From Octopus sinensis (taxonomy: Eukaryota): a stretch of DNA of 64,000 nucleotides. Below, piece after piece: positions 49,746 through 63,835 of this stretch. Position 1 is the stretch's first letter. Every line of letters starts with the position of its first letter. The stretch spans positions 42,098,001-42,162,000 of the forward strand of contig NC_043015.1 of assembly GCF_006345805.1 (NCBI RefSeq). The letters run 5' to 3'. A model generated the notes under the pieces. The model did not search any database and was not told where the DNA came from. It was given only the letters and a program-made list of their open reading frames with translations. Both the position numbers and the translations under genes were made by a program.

Positions 49746-51006
49746 GTATATAAAATATATATAGCTGTGTATATTCATATGTACAGATAAACATATACAA
49801 TATATATGTATATGTACGTATCTACTTAAAAACATATATACATGCTTAAATTTTTGAAGATTTCTTGGATATTATTGTAATTGAAAAATGAAAAGGTAAA
49901 AAAATAAAAATAAAAATTATTTGCAGTATTTTTCAACTTTTTGTTTAAAAATTTTTTTCTATTTTTTTTTTACATATCTTTTATTCCTTTTTTCTTCATC
50001 TAAGTGTTTGTGTGAGCGTATGCATATATAAACGTGTGTGTGCGCATGTATGCATTTTATGTATGTGTGTTTGTGTACATGTTACATGTCTTGTCTTTTT
50101 TCCTTTTTTTTGCTGTTGTTGCCAACACGAATGTTTTTTTTTTTCTTTTAAGTTTAAATTTATTTTTTCTAAAAGGAGGGATGTTACTCAAAAAAAAAAA
50201 AAAAAAAAAAAAATGGAATTTTTTTTATATATTTTTTTTTTTTTTCCTTTCATTACTTCTGGCTGCTGCTGCTGATCTTGTGATTGTGGTCAGGTTAAGG
50301 TCAAATGTATTTAATGATGATAAAAATGAGAGGTGAAGTGGATGACAATGATGGCAACTGCTGCTGTTGCTCTTGTTGCTAATAATAAGGTTTATAATTG
50401 TCAACTGCCTTCTAGGTGATGTTTCTACATAGTGTGTGTCTCATTAGGTGTGTTGAGTTTATCCTTTTGTGTACGAGTAGAATTAGTAAAGAATTATCTT
50501 AATTTTCCTTTTGATTTGGTTAAACTGTTTGGCCTCTGTTGTTGTTTCCTTACTATTGTTGTTGTTGTTGTTCCTGATGTTTGTGGTGTTTGTAGTTGTT
50601 CCGCATTTTCTGTTGATATTTGTAATCTTTGGGGCATCGATGCTGAGCTATTACCATTTCCTCCAAGAAGTCACTGTCGAGCACGAAAGCAAAACGGCAA
50701 CCTGACCCTAGCAGTTGTATAGGATCTCAATGGTGTATTTCTGAACGGTTACATGGCTATTTCCCCGGCAGGGTCGACTGCCAACAGCGATGGTCGGTAG
50801 AAACAGGTGTTACTGGTCATCGAATCGTACCAGAAAACTAGACCCAGATGTATCGGACAAACAGACAGACAGACACAGCAAGCACATGCGGTCAGTTCAA
50901 CAATGATCTCAAAAGAAACGGGTCACTGTTGACGGCTGACATACGAAACGCAGTTTCTAAAATGGGACGTGTGCACATGTCTTTCTATCTATCTGTCAAC
51001 CTGGTT

Positions 51007-51117
51007 CTAAAATCTGGACTGTCCATACACTATTGAACTTGAAGTCTGTGAGGTATTGCCTGTGGACATTGTAATGCCAGTCTGTTGCTGGTTTCCTCCT
51101 TGAATGTTGTGAACATG
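51007..51117 (-). CDS. CDK8: CDK8 last coding exon
   Basis: ttttcttgtag acceptor, phase 0, HVHNIQGGNQQQTG...YGQSRF*. Low-complexity tail, supported by phase and position rather than similarity. Confidence 0.7.
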   Translation of the reverse strand, partial: HVHNIQGGNQQQTGITMSTGNTSQTSSSIVYGQSRF

Positions 51118-51614
51118 CTACAAGAAAACAAATGAAACAAAAAGACATCATTATTATTATTATTATTATTATTATTAAGAGAGTAGCACATGCCATCAAA
51201 GTGACACTGGGGTACAATTATACAAAACTCAATATACCAATCACGACTACCCATGTGATAAGGGTACACCAGGCACATGCATCACAACCATTTGTGCGCG
51301 ACATGGTGATCTCGTATTAAGATAAACAGTGCATGACCTTTCAGGTGGGGCCCAGTTAGAATTTTCTTCAGGTAGAGTAGCCCATCCCACTCAAAAGGTC
51401 CCTGAATAAGGGTTGTTTAAGGATGTTGAAAGAACCACCCATGTTTCCAGAGGTGAATTATCCAAACCTCTATGAATCCTTTCAACACATGGCTATGATG
51501 CTCCCCCACTACTTCTGCTCATGGTCAGAGGTGCACATATCGTCAGCCACTAAGGGACATGCTCAACTGATTAAGGTCAAACAACTGACAAGCAAATCCG
51601 TGGTATTGAGGAGT

Positions 51615-52040
51615 AAGGCGGTGAGCTGGTAGAAACGTTAGCATGCCGGGCGAAATGCTTAGCGGTATTTCGTCTGCCACTACGTTGCGAGTTCAAATTC
51701 CGCCGAGGTTGACTTTGCCTTTCATCCTTTTCGGGATCGATAAATTAAGTACCAGTTACGCACTGGTGTCGATGTAATCGACTTAATCCATTTGTCTGTC
51801 CTTGTTTGTTTCCTCTGTGTTTAGCCCCTTGTGGATAGTAAAGAAATAGGTATTTCGTCTGCCGTTACGTTCTGAGTTCAAATTCTGCCGAGGTCGACTT
51901 TGCCTTTCATCCTTTCGGGGGTCGTTTAAATAAGTACCAGTTATTCACTGTGGTCGGTAAAATCGACTTAATCCGTTTGTCTGTCCTTGTTTGTCCCCTC
52001 TGTGTTTATCCCCTTGAAGGTAGTAAAGAAATAGGTATTG
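51615..52040 (+). mobile_element. SINE family D (two partial tandem copies)
   Basis: ggcggtgagctgg...gagttcaaattccgccgagg; inverse copies near 62040-62475. Confidence 0.7.
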
Positions 52041-52494
52041 AGCAGAATATTTGCTGAAGCCCATCTTTTATACCAAGACAAACCAATGTACATAGTAATT
52101 GCACGCTGGTATAAGTGAAGGACCCCATCTCTCTTCGTGTATTTTTGGTGAGTAACACAAACAAACGAGACCAGTGGCATTTGTTCATATAACAGGCCTC
52201 GATGCTCCTGTAATTGACGTCTGCCAATCTCACAAAACATACGGACATTACATGAAGCATTAATGCTGACTAGGTTTTCTAAGACCCTTGTATCAATATG
52301 GCATGCTGGCTCCACATTCAAAACTACACATGTGCCTGTCAATACATTATGCAAAAATAACATCACAAGTTAAAGGAAAAGCAATGAGAAATAATTTGGA
52401 AGATTCCTTTTCGTTCATGGTTTAACAGAGTTACCTCCCTTCCAAGAATATTTTCAGTTGAGACACAAAACTTATTTCGTTTTTAGATGGACTC

Positions 52495-53050
52495 TTTACT
52501 CTCTTTACTCTTTTACTTGTTTCAGTCATTTGACTGCGCCCATGCTGGAGCACCGCCTTTAGTCGAGCAAATCGACACCGGAACTTACTCTTTGTAAGCC
52601 CAGTGACGGGGACGTAAACACACCAGCATCGGTTGTCAGGCAATGCTAGGGGAACAAACACACATACATATATATATACATATATACGACAGGCTTCTTT
52701 CAGTTTCCGTCTACCAAATCCACTCAGAAGGCATTGGTCGGCCCGAGGCTATAGCAGAAGACACTTGCCCAAGATGCCACGCAGTGGGACTGAACCCGGA
52801 ACCATGTGGTTGGTTAGCAAGCTACTTACCACACAGCCACTCCTGCTGTATATATTTGTATGTGTGTGTGTCTGAGTTTGTCCCCACCACCATCGCTTGA
52901 CAACTGATGCTGGTGTGTTTACATCCCCATAACATAGTGATTCGGCAAAAAGCGACCGATAGAATAAGCACTAGGCTTAGAAAGAATAAGCCCTGGGGTC
53001 AATTCGTTCGAATAAAGGTGGAGCTCCAGCATGGCCGCAGACAAATGACA
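52495..53050. mobile_element. Adjacent inverted SINE A copies
   Basis: 52495-52845 (-) followed by the 3' half of a + copy at 52860-53050. Confidence 0.8.
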
Positions 53051-53233
53051 AACATCATCGTTTAACGTCCGTTTTCCATGCTAGCATGGGTTAGACGGTT
53101 CAACTGGGGTCTGTGAAGCCAGAAGGCTGCATCAGGCCCAGTCTGATCTGGCAGTGTTTCTATGGCTGGATGCCCTTCCTAACGCCAACCACTCCGTGAG
53201 GTAAACAGAAACATATAAAGGAATAAAATACGT

Positions 53234-53254
<21 letters not shown>

Positions 53255-53268
<14 letters not shown>

Positions 53269-53720
53269 GCTAGCCTAGCACATTTTCCATCATTTACCTG
53301 CAAAGCATGAGTGACAACCAGAAGACAGCCCAAAAATACAGAAGAGTATTTCCTTGAAGAAAATGACTTGTTGACTGACACCCAGCATGGACTTCGACTA
53401 GGTAGAAGCTGCCTGACACAGCTCTTGCAACACTATGGTTGGGTCTTAAAACAGCTGCTAAACAACTCAAGTGTGGATGTGATATATCTCAACTTTGCAA
53501 AAGCCTTTGGTAAAGATGACCAAGGTATGATATGTCAAACTGCGTGATCTCAGCTTAGTCGGAAAACTTGGAGAGTGGCTACACGACTCTCTAAAAGGTA
53601 GGCGACAGGCAGTGGTGGCCAATGGAGCCACCGCAAAGGAAACACAAATCGTAAGTGGTGTTCCACAGGGCACTGTCTTAGGGCCACTGCTATTTATAGT
53701 GGCCCTCTCAAACATGCCAG
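53255..53720 (+). mobile_element. CR1/L2-like LINE RT fragment
   Basis: QHGL...SCLTQL...DVIYLNFAKAF...SGVPQGTVLGPLLF. Confidence 0.88.
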
Positions 53721-54547
53721 TTGTCAAGCAATGTTGGTGGGAGACAGACACAAAGGCATACACACATAAATATATACATATATATTCTATACATGGAGGC
53801 GCAATGGCCCAGTGGTTAGGGCAGCGGACTCGCGGTCGTAGGATCACGGTTTCAATTCCCAGACCGGGCGATGTGAGTGTTTATTGAGCGAAAACACCTA
53901 AAAGCTCCACGAGGCTCCGGCAGGGGGTGGTGATCCCTACTGTACTCTTTCACCACTCTTTCTTCTGTTGGCCTGCTCGCTTAGCCAGCGGGGTGGCGTC
54001 ATTCGAAGGCTAAAACAATGCGCACGCATTGTGACCAGCGATGTGTAACTACATCTGATGGACTGGTCGGTCACGTGATCACGTGATATTCTATACAACT
54101 GGCTTCTTTCAGTTTCCATCTACCAAATTCACTCAAGGATTTGGTTGGCCCAGGCTATAATAGAAGACACTTTTGTCCAAGGTGTCATGCAGTGGGACTG
54201 AACCTGGAACCATGTGGTTGGGAAGTAAACTTCTTACCACAAAGCCACGCCTGCACCAATTTAAATTGCTTTAATTAAATCTCATCTAATACATCATCAT
54301 CATCGTTTAACGTCCGCTTTCCATGCTCGCATGGGTTGGATGGTTCAACTGGGGTCTGGGGAGCCCGAAGGCTGCACCAGACCAGTCAGATCTGGCAGTG
54401 TTTCTACAGCTGGATGCCCTTCCTAACGCCAACCACTCCGAGAGTGTAATACACAAACTTAAAAATACATTCATTTTATTAATACAAAGGAAATTTCATA
54501 AATGAAATAAAATAAAATGGATAAAAAGTGAAGTAGCTGACCTTTAC

Positions 54548-54664
54548 CTGATAATCTGAAGTTCCTATAGTACTGCCCCCTGTCGTGGTGACAGGGGGAA
54601 TAACTCTTACCCGTTTTGATGGAGGTTGGTTGTGACTAGATGACTGATCAGCAGCGGCTGCTTG
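54548..54664 (-). CDS. CDK8: CDK8 coding exon
   Basis: 117 nt, phase 0-0; QSSSHNQPPSKRVRVIPPVTTTGG...TSDYQ matches the CDK8 C-terminal PPxKKVRVVPP...SDYQ. Confidence 0.92.
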
Positions 54665-54839
54665 CTGTGAGGTAAAAAAAATAACAATTAGGAGTGGATA
54701 GAGGGCTGAGGGGAAACAGAAAAATAGGAGGAGAAAGAGGTTCATGGATTAAGTTCACCACACATGCAAGCCCTGGCAGGAGTTGAACTCGGAAAACAGA
54801 GGACCAGAACCAATACCACAAAGCATCTAAGTCCACGGG

Positions 54840-55034
54840 TTACTCTTTTACTTGTTTCAGTCATTTGACTGCGGCCATGCTGGAGCACCGCCTTTGGTCA
54901 AGCAAACCGACCCCGGGACTTATTCTTTGTAAGCCCAGTACTTATTCTATTGGTATCTTTTGCTGAACCGCTAAGTGACGGGGACGTAAACACACCAGCA
55001 TCGGTTGTCAAGCAATGCTAGGGGACAAACACAG

Positions 55035-55081
<47 letters not shown>

Positions 55082-55235
55082 TACGACGGGCTTCTTTCAG
55101 TTTCCGTCTACCAAATCCACTCACAAGGCATTGGTCGGCCCGAGGCTATAGCAGAAGACACTTGCCCAAGGTGCCACGCAGTGAGACTGAACCCGGAACC
55201 ATGTGGTTGGTTAGCAAGCAACCTACCACACACCC
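54840..55235 (-). mobile_element. SINE family A
   Basis: Homology to 15453-15912. Confidence 0.85.
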
Positions 55236-55284
55236 ACTCTTGACAATTTTTTTTTTTTTTATCTATAGAACACTTTGAATACTA

Positions 55285-55545
55285 TTTTGTTCTGGTGGAC
55301 CCTCATAGACGTTCCATAAGCTCTATCTGCGACGATTTCATCTCAATCGAAGGAGAGGGGCTTTCTCCGTCCGGGTTGCGGATCCGTGGAATAAACTGCA
55401 GGACGAGATAGTGAAGATGCCGACGACCGCTTGGTTCAAAGTCTCTCTTGACCAGAAATGGCCTCAACTCTTTGCATGAACACCCTTCCTGTACATAACT
55501 CCATGTCCCCCTACATGGCCTTGCTTTTTGCGCCAAAAAATTAAC
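55285..55545 (+). mobile_element. CR1-like LINE 3' end
   Basis: AFSVRVADPWNKL...FKVSLD; inverse copy at 63590-63835. Confidence 0.75.
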
Positions 55546-55833
55546 TTAAAAACTAGTTTTATAGAAACTTCAAACTTCCTCTTTTGTTTTTCACCCATTA
55601 GCTTGTGTAGGTTGAACTATGTAAAATGTTAGAGAAAAAAACCCAGCTGTTTCTTGCAATACTTACCAATAAATACATCAAAACCAAAATTTTTTAGAGG
55701 CCCTTAAAATACTCCTGCAGATCCCCAATTACTATTTTGCTGTGTGAACTCCCAAAAATCTGATGCAGACCCTTAGGAACTATATGGATCCCAGTTGAGA
55801 ACCCCTGATCTAATCCATTATCCCGATTCCATG

Positions 55834-55870
<37 letters not shown>

Positions 55871-56857
55871 CATCATCGTTCAACGTCCGTTTTAGGGCAA
55901 AAGAAAGAAATCCCTATGCCAAATACGCCGAGAAATAGACTTTAAATCGTCAATAACTGGACCGTCTCTTACTCTTTGAGAATTTTCAGTCTGATCACAT
56001 GTGTCTCAAGGTGTGCTGCAAAATTTCTATTTAGATATATTTGGGGTACTTAAGTGCACACATAACTTTGTGTCTGCTTCTTCCATGAGTGCAAGTAAGT
56101 ATTTCATTTATTTCTTAACGTATTTACCACTGATGACAAGAAAATTCTTTGAATTAACTCAGAAATTGGACTGATTTGGTAATAACAGAATTTTTAATAA
56201 ATTTCTTTCAGCTTGCTTTGAGATGCGTGCTTTTAGTGATGAATTATATGCAGTTATTAACGATTTAAAGTTTATTTCTTGGCATATTTTTATAATTTTT
56301 ACCTTAAAAGGTATTTTTTAATATGCTTAGCCACTGACAAAATTTTATCCCATATTAAATATATATTTTTATCATCATCATCTTCGTTTAGCATCCGCTT
56401 TCCATGCTAGAATGGGTTAGACGGTTCAACTGGGGTCTGGGAAGCCAGAAGGCAGCACCAGGCCCAGTCTGATCTGGCAATGTTTCTACGGCTGGATGCC
56501 CTTCAAAACGCCAACCACTCCTTGAGTGTAGTGGGTGATTTTTACGTGCCACCGGCACGGGGCTAGGCGAGGCTGGCAAATGGCCACGATCGGATGGTGC
56601 TTTTTACGTGCCACTGGCACGGGGGAGCAAAAAAGACTAAAAAAGTACTGGAGTCAATTTGTTCACTTAAACGCTGAGGTGGTGCCTCAGCATGGCCACA
56701 GTCCAATGACTGAAACAAACAAACAATAAAAGATATCACCCTCGACAATATTGATGATGATGATGGCACTTGTGTTTAAAACAAAAACAATGAACAAATA
56801 GAAAAAAAAAATTAATAAAATAAAACAAAATAAAAGATATTCATAGTGAACCCTTAC

Positions 56858-56960
56858 TTTGTCACCAACCTTGCTGGCCCCGGTGTCTGCTTTATCATCA
56901 TTGTCATCCCCAGTAAGGAACTCCCTTTTCGGATAAGGGATCGGCATGCCCTCGAACACA
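56858..56960 (-). CDS. CDK8: CDK8 coding exon
   Basis: 103 nt, phase 2-0; (D)VFEGMPIPYPKREFLTGDDNDDKAD... matches CDK8 DVF.G..IPYPKREFL. Confidence 0.93.
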
Positions 56961-57079
56961 CTGGAAAAAACAACAACATAATAATAATATTCAGTGAGAC
57001 AGGGAGATAGGTTGGAAATGGTCTGGACAGGGAAACGGTTGTTGTGTAAGGGTTGGAAGGAGTTCAGCAAACGCATTAT

Positions 57080-57387
57080 TAAAATACACACACAACACAC
57101 ATACATACATACACACAAATACATATATACCCACAAACTCACACATACACACACACACATACATATATACCCACAAACACACACATACACACACACAAAT
57201 ACATATATACCCACAAACACACACATACACACACACAAATACATATATACCCACAAACACACACACACAAATACATATATACCCACAAACACACATATAC
57301 ACAAACACACACACACATATACACAAACACACACACACATACACACAAACACACACACACATACACACAAACACACACACACATACA

Positions 57388-57418
<31 letters not shown>

Positions 57419-58020
57419 CACACACACACACACCACACACACAACACACACACACACATATACACAAACACACACACAACACACACACACAAAACACACA
57501 TACACAACAAACACACACACAACACATACACACCAACACACATACACACACACACACCACACACATACACACAAACACACACACACAATACACACACAAC
57601 ACATATACACAAACAACACACACACACACTATACACAAAACACACATATACACAAACACACACACACAATACACAAACACACACACACACATACACAAAC
57701 ACACACACACACACACAACACACCACACACAACACACACCACACACATACACAACACACACATACACAAACACACACATACACAAACACACACACACACA
57801 CAAACACACAAACACACACACACACCACATACACAAACACCACACACACATACACACACAAACACACACACATACACACAACACAACACACACACACACA
57901 CATACACAACACACCACACACACATACACAAAACACCACACACACACACATACACAAACACACACACACACCACATACACAAACACACACACACACACAT
58001 ATACACAAACACACACACAT

Positions 58021-58053
<33 letters not shown>

Positions 58054-58710
58054 CACCAACACACACACACACAACACAAAAACACACAACACAAACACCA
58101 CACACACATATACACAAACACACACACATATACACAAACACACACACACACACATATACACAAACACACACAACACACATACATGCACACACACTATACA
58201 CAAAACACACATATACACACAAACACACACACACATACACAAACACACACACACATACACAATACACACACACACACATAACACACACACACACATACAC
58301 ACACACACACACATACACAAACACACACATACACAACACACACATACACAACCACACACACACACCACAAACACACAAAACACACCACACACACATATAC
58401 ACAAACAACACACACACACATACACAAACCACACACACACACACACACACAACACAACACACACACACAACACAACACACACAACACACCACACACACAT
58501 ATACACAAACACACACACATACACACACACATATACACAAACACACACACACACATCTACACAAAACACACACACACACATACACAAACACACACACAAC
58601 ACAAACACACAACACATATACACAAACACCACACATATACACAAACAACACACACACATATACCACAAACACACACACACACACATACACACACACAAAC
58701 ATATGATTGT

Positions 58711-58760
<50 letters not shown>
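57080..58760. repeat. About 1.7-kb degenerate (CA)-rich satellite in a CDK8 intron
   Basis: Direct reading; source of the long CV and HT ORFs. Confidence 0.95.
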
Positions 58761-58772
<12 letters not shown>

Positions 58773-59352
58773 TATTGTTCTTTTAATGTCTAGCGCTTCA
58801 TAAACCATGCCAAATCAGACGAGAGTCTGGTGCAGCCCCTCGGCTTACCAGCCCTGGCCAAACCGTCCAACCCCTGCCAGCATGGACAACAGACGTTACA
58901 TGATCATAACCATGATACTTATTAAACGTGTGTGCATGTGTGTGTGCACGCATGCATTCATACTCCTATGAAATATATATATATATAACTTATATACCCT
59001 AAAAACAAACCATAAATGAACTCAGAGAAAAACTGAGCAACGACAAGCATCTGTGTGAGGCATGGAAGATAACAGTTTGGTAAAGGAATACCATGGCAAC
59101 CAAGTGAAAGGAATCTGCAGAAAGTGGAAGGCCAAGAAAAAGACGGGGGAGAAATGCAATGAAAGCTGACCTCAAGAGGTTGAACTCCATGGATTACAAA
59201 GGACCACAAATGGTAAGACAATGTAATGGGAAAGACCTGTTTGGCCCATAAATCTTAGAGGGGGAAAAAAATTGCACATGAAATGATGATGATGATGATG
59301 ATGATGATGAGCGACAAAGCGAGACTTTGCCTTGTGTCTGTCAAATACTCAC

Positions 59353-59450
59353 TCTTGTGAAGGCAGTGGATCTTCAGAAAAGTAAGAATCTTTCATAGCT
59401 TGCTCTGAAGTTATACGTTTCGTTGGATCCATCGTCAATAATTTTTGTAG
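59353..59450 (-). CDS. CDK8: CDK8 coding exon (kinase subdomain XI)
   Basis: 98 nt; [32 protein letters not shown]; canonical AG and GTGAGT. Confidence 0.96.
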
Positions 59451-59498
59451 CTGCAAATAAAAACCAAAAAACAAATGAAACCAAAGGACCACTGTGTC

Positions 59499-59531
<33 letters not shown>

Positions 59532-60161
59532 ATCTATCTTTTGTCTTTAATTTGGAGCATAAACTTAGATGTGTTATGAACATCTCCCTATTTTAATTAA
59601 CCATTTAACCACCCTTCAAGTCTTTATTGCTTGCATCACAAGTAATTCATTAGCTGTTCAGCTCTGAACAGAGTCACTAGTTTTTGTTTTTTTTGGTGGG
59701 GGGGTGGTTTAGAGTCTGGGATCTCAGAACAGAGATCCACAATAAATATTGCAATACATTTTATCCAATGCTTTAACAAATCCATAAATCCACAACTCTG
59801 TATTAATATCTTTATTTTAGCAACCCCAGAAAAACTGAAAAACAAAGCTGACTTTGATGGGATTTGAACTCGAAACAAAGGAACTATCACCATTATCTAA
59901 CATCCGTTGTCCATGCTGGCATGTGTTGGACGGTTTGACCAGGATTGGTAAGCACTAGGGTCGATGTAATTGACTTCATCCGTTTGTCTGTCCTTGTCTG
60001 TCCCCTCTGTGTTTAGCCCCTTGTGGGTAATAGAGAAATAGGTAGAACACAGTGAGACAGAACCCAAGACAACATGGCAGGGAAGCAAGCTCCTTCAAAC
60101 AATTCTGCCCTTTGCTTGTAATGTGTTCTGTACAATATAAAAAGGAAAGGAGAATACTTAC

Positions 60162-60234
60162 CAACAAAAAGGCTTTACTGTCTGGCTTGATCTTATGTTT
60201 TTCCATATACTTGATCAAATTACAGTTGACATAG
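60162..60234 (-). CDS. CDK8: CDK8 coding exon
   Basis: 73 nt; YVNCNLIKYMEKHKIKPDSKAFLL; canonical AG and GTAAGT. Confidence 0.96.
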
Positions 60235-60749
60235 CTGTAAGAAGAAAATTTGGGGGAAAAAATGAGAGAAAATTTTGGATTGAATAAAGATCAAACTATA
60301 AATTAAAATCTTCTGGATAATTAACTTTATTTTTGGAAATGTTTTGAAGATGAAAATATTTTCAATATTGGTGCCGATGGCATATAAAAAGCACCATCCG
60401 AATGTGGCCGATGCCAGCGCCGCCTTGTCTGGCTTCTGTGCCGGTGGCACGTTAAAAGCACCGACCAATCGTGGCCGATGCCAGACACCTTCCTGGCACC
60501 TGTGCAGGTGGCACGTAAAAAGCACCCACTACACTCGCGGAGTGGTTGGCATTAGGAAGGGCATCCAGCTGTAGAAATACTGCCAGATCAGACTGGAGCC
60601 TGGTGCAGCCCTGGCTTCCCAGACTCCGGTCGAACCGTCCAACCCGTGCTAGCGCGGAAAACGGACGTTAAATGATGATGATGTATCTACACTACTTTGC
60701 AATGATTATTTCACCATCAACATAAAAAAAAAAAAACTTGGCATTCCAG

Positions 60750-61143
60750 GCATAGGAGTGGCTGTGTAGTAAGTAGCTTGCTTACCAACCACATGGTTCT
60801 GGGTTCAGTTCCACTGCGTGGCACCTTGGGCAAGTGTCTTCTACTATAGCCTCGGGCCGACCAAAGCCTTGTGAGTGGATTTGGTAGACGGAAACTGAAA
60901 GAAGCCCGCCGTATATATGTATATATATATGTATGTGTGTGTGTCTGTCCCCCCCAACATCGCTTGACAACCGATGCTGGTGTGTTTACGACCCCGTAAC
61001 TTAGCGGTTCGGCAAAAGAGACCGATAGAATAAGTACTGGGCTTACAAAGAATAAGTCCCGGGGTCAATTTGCTCGACTAAAAAAGGTGGTGCTCCAGCA
61101 TGGCCACAGTCAAATGACTGAAACAAGTAAAAGAGTAAAAGAG
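60750..61143 (+). mobile_element. SINE family A
   Basis: Homology to 15453-15912. Confidence 0.85.
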
Positions 61144-61702
61144 TATTCCATCAATTACGATAACGAGGGTTCCAGTGATCTGATCAAATGGAACAACCAG
61201 CTCGTGAACTTATACAAGTGGCTGAGCACTCTGCAGACACACGTACCCTTAACTCAGAGATATTCAGCACGACACAGAATGTCACAAAGCTGGCCCTTTG
61301 AATTACTGGTACCACTCGTTTTTGCTAGGTGAGTGTTCTGGAGCAAGATGAAAAAGTGTCCTGCTCAAGGGCACCAATGGGAATCGAAACACCAGGAATT
61401 GAACTCATGACCTTACTATTGTGAGTCGAATGCCCTGACCACTAAGCCACGTGCTTCCACAACCATTGACATAGCTTTGTTGATTTGGCCCTTTGGTCAA
61501 CTGGATAAGAAAAGGAGTACCAACTGCATATAGAATTTCTGCCAGATCAAGATTGAAGCCTGGTGCAGCTATCTGGCTCGCCAGCCCTCAGTCATTCGTC
61601 CAACCCATGCTAGCATGGAAAGCGGACGTTAAACGACGATGATGATGACATTTAATTCCACAGAAACCATGCAATTAATAAATAAAAACCAACACAACTT
61701 AC

Positions 61703-61772
61703 TTTGATCTCTTGAAATCTTTCATTAATGTTGGATGCTCAGGCATTTTCTTTATATCCTCCCAATCTTTTT
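61703..61772 (-). CDS. CDK8: CDK8 coding exon (most 5' exon found in window)
   Basis: 70 nt; [23 protein letters not shown]; canonical AG and GTAAGT. No further upstream exon seen before 64000. Confidence 0.96.
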
Positions 61773-62715
61773 CTGATAAAAAAAAATACATAAATACATA
61801 AATAAAAGCTGTTTCTAATTTGGGCACAAGGAGAGCAATTTTAAGGTGAGGACCCCAGTAGTTGACTTTATCTTTCATCCCACTGGGATTAATAAAATAG
61901 AGATAATCTCAGTAAAATCTGAATTCAGAACAAAAGATGTTGGAAGAAACACTGCAAGGCCCTTTTGTCTGACATCTAAGGATTCTGCCCATTTACCATA
62001 ATAATAATAATCCTTTCTGTTATAGAAATATATTTCTTTATTACCCACAAGGGGCTAAACATAGAGGGGAGAAACAAAGACAGGAAAAGGGATTACATCG
62101 ACCTAGTGCAAAACTGGTACTTTATTTATCGACCCCAAGAGGATGAAAGGCAAAGTCGACCTTGGCAGAATTTGAACTCAGAACGTAACGACAGACGAAA
62201 TACCGCCTAGCATTTCACCTGGCGCGCTAACGTTTCTGCCAACTAATCCTCAATGATAATAATAATGTTTTAAAATTTTACCACAAGGGTAGCAATTTTG
62301 GGGGAAGGGATGAAGCAATTACATTGACCCCAGTGTTCAACTGGTACTTATTTTATCGACCCCAAAAGGATGAAAAGGCAAAGTCGACTTCGGCGGAATT
62401 TGAACTCAGAACATAGCGACAGGCAAAATACCGCTAAGCATTTCGTCCAGCATGCTAACGATTCTGCCAGTTCATCGTCATGATAATAACAATAATGATG
62501 ATAATCCTTTCTTTTATAAAAATAGTAATCTTCAATAATAATCAAAAATGATAATGATATAGGAGGTTGTGGGGTAAGAAGCTTGCTTCCCAACCACAGG
62601 GTTTCAGGTTCAGTCCTACTGCATGGCACCTTGGGTAAGTGTCTTCTACTATTGCCTGAGGCCAACCAAAGCCTCGTGAGCAGATTTGGTCGATAGAAAC
62701 TGAAAGAAGCCATCA

Positions 62716-62754
<39 letters not shown>

Positions 62755-63589
62755 ATATATATATATATCATCATTTAGCGTCCGCTTTCCATGCTAGCAT
62801 GGGTTGGACGGTTCAACTGGGGTCTGGGAAACCAGATGGCTGCACCAGGCCCAGTCTGATCTGGCAGAGTTTCTACAGCTGGATGCCCTTCCTAACGCCA
62901 ACCACTCAATGAGTGTAGTGGGTGTTTTTTACACGCCACTGACACAGGGGCCAGAAGAGGCTGGCAAACGACCACGGTCAGATGGTACTTTTTACGTGCC
63001 ACCGGCACAGGGGCCAGGCTAGGTTGGCAACGGCCACGATCGGATGGTGCTTTTTACGTGGCATGTGTATATGTATGTATATGTATGTGGTTGTGTGGTA
63101 AGAGGCTTGCTTCCTAACCCAACCACATGGTTCCGAGTACAGTCCCACTGTGTGGCACCTTGGGCCAACCAAAGCCTTGTGAGTAGATTTGGTAGACAGA
63201 AACTAAAAGAAGCCCGTTGTGTGCGTATATATACATACATGTATATATTTGTGTGTGTGTGTTCGTCTCCCCCTCCACCATCGCTTGACAACCGATGTTG
63301 GTGTGTTTACGTCCCCTTAACTTAGCAGTTTGGCAAAAGAGACCAATAGAATAAGTACTGGGCTTACAAAGAATAAGTCCTGGGGCCGATTTGTTTGACT
63401 AAAGGTGGTGCTCCAGCATGGCTGCAGCCAAATGACTGAACTAAATGAACAATAAAAGATACCTTCAACAGGCTTCCACACAAGTTTCCACCAACCAGAT
63501 TCAAATCACAAAGCACTGGTCGGCCCAAAGCCATAAAAGTACCATACAGTGGGACTGAACTCAATACCACGTAGTTTCAAAGCAAGCCC

Positions 63590-63835
63590 CTTAAGTTAAG
63601 TTAATTATTTGGCTCAAAAAGCAAAAAGCAAGGCCATGTAGGGAGACATGGAGTTATGTACAGGGTGGTGTTCATGCAAAGAGTTCAGGCCATTTCTGGT
63701 CAAGGGAGACTTTGAACCGAGCGGTCGTCGGCATCTTCACTATCTCGTCCGGCAGCTTATTCCACGGATCTGCAACCTGGACGGAGAAAGCCCCTCTCCT
63801 TCGATTGAGATGAAATCGTCGTAGATAGAGCTTTT
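63590..63835 (-). mobile_element. CR1-like LINE 3' end
   Basis: Reverse complement of 55285-55545. Confidence 0.75.

Noticed and set aside
50440-50700. Extra CDK8 exon encoding a Q/T-rich tail (minus strand)
   Set aside because: It lies beyond the stop at 51007, and the candidate acceptor gives an immediate TGA in phase 0. Treated as low-complexity 3'UTR.
53795-53870. tRNA gene
   Set aside because: It is the tRNA-derived head of SINE B, continuing into the SINE body; the same applies at 24120-24190, 34500-34570 and 44725.
56687-58758. Long ORFs of 312-570 aa (CV- and HT-rich)
   Set aside because: They are translations of the (CA)n satellite. Only 56858-56960 is real coding sequence.
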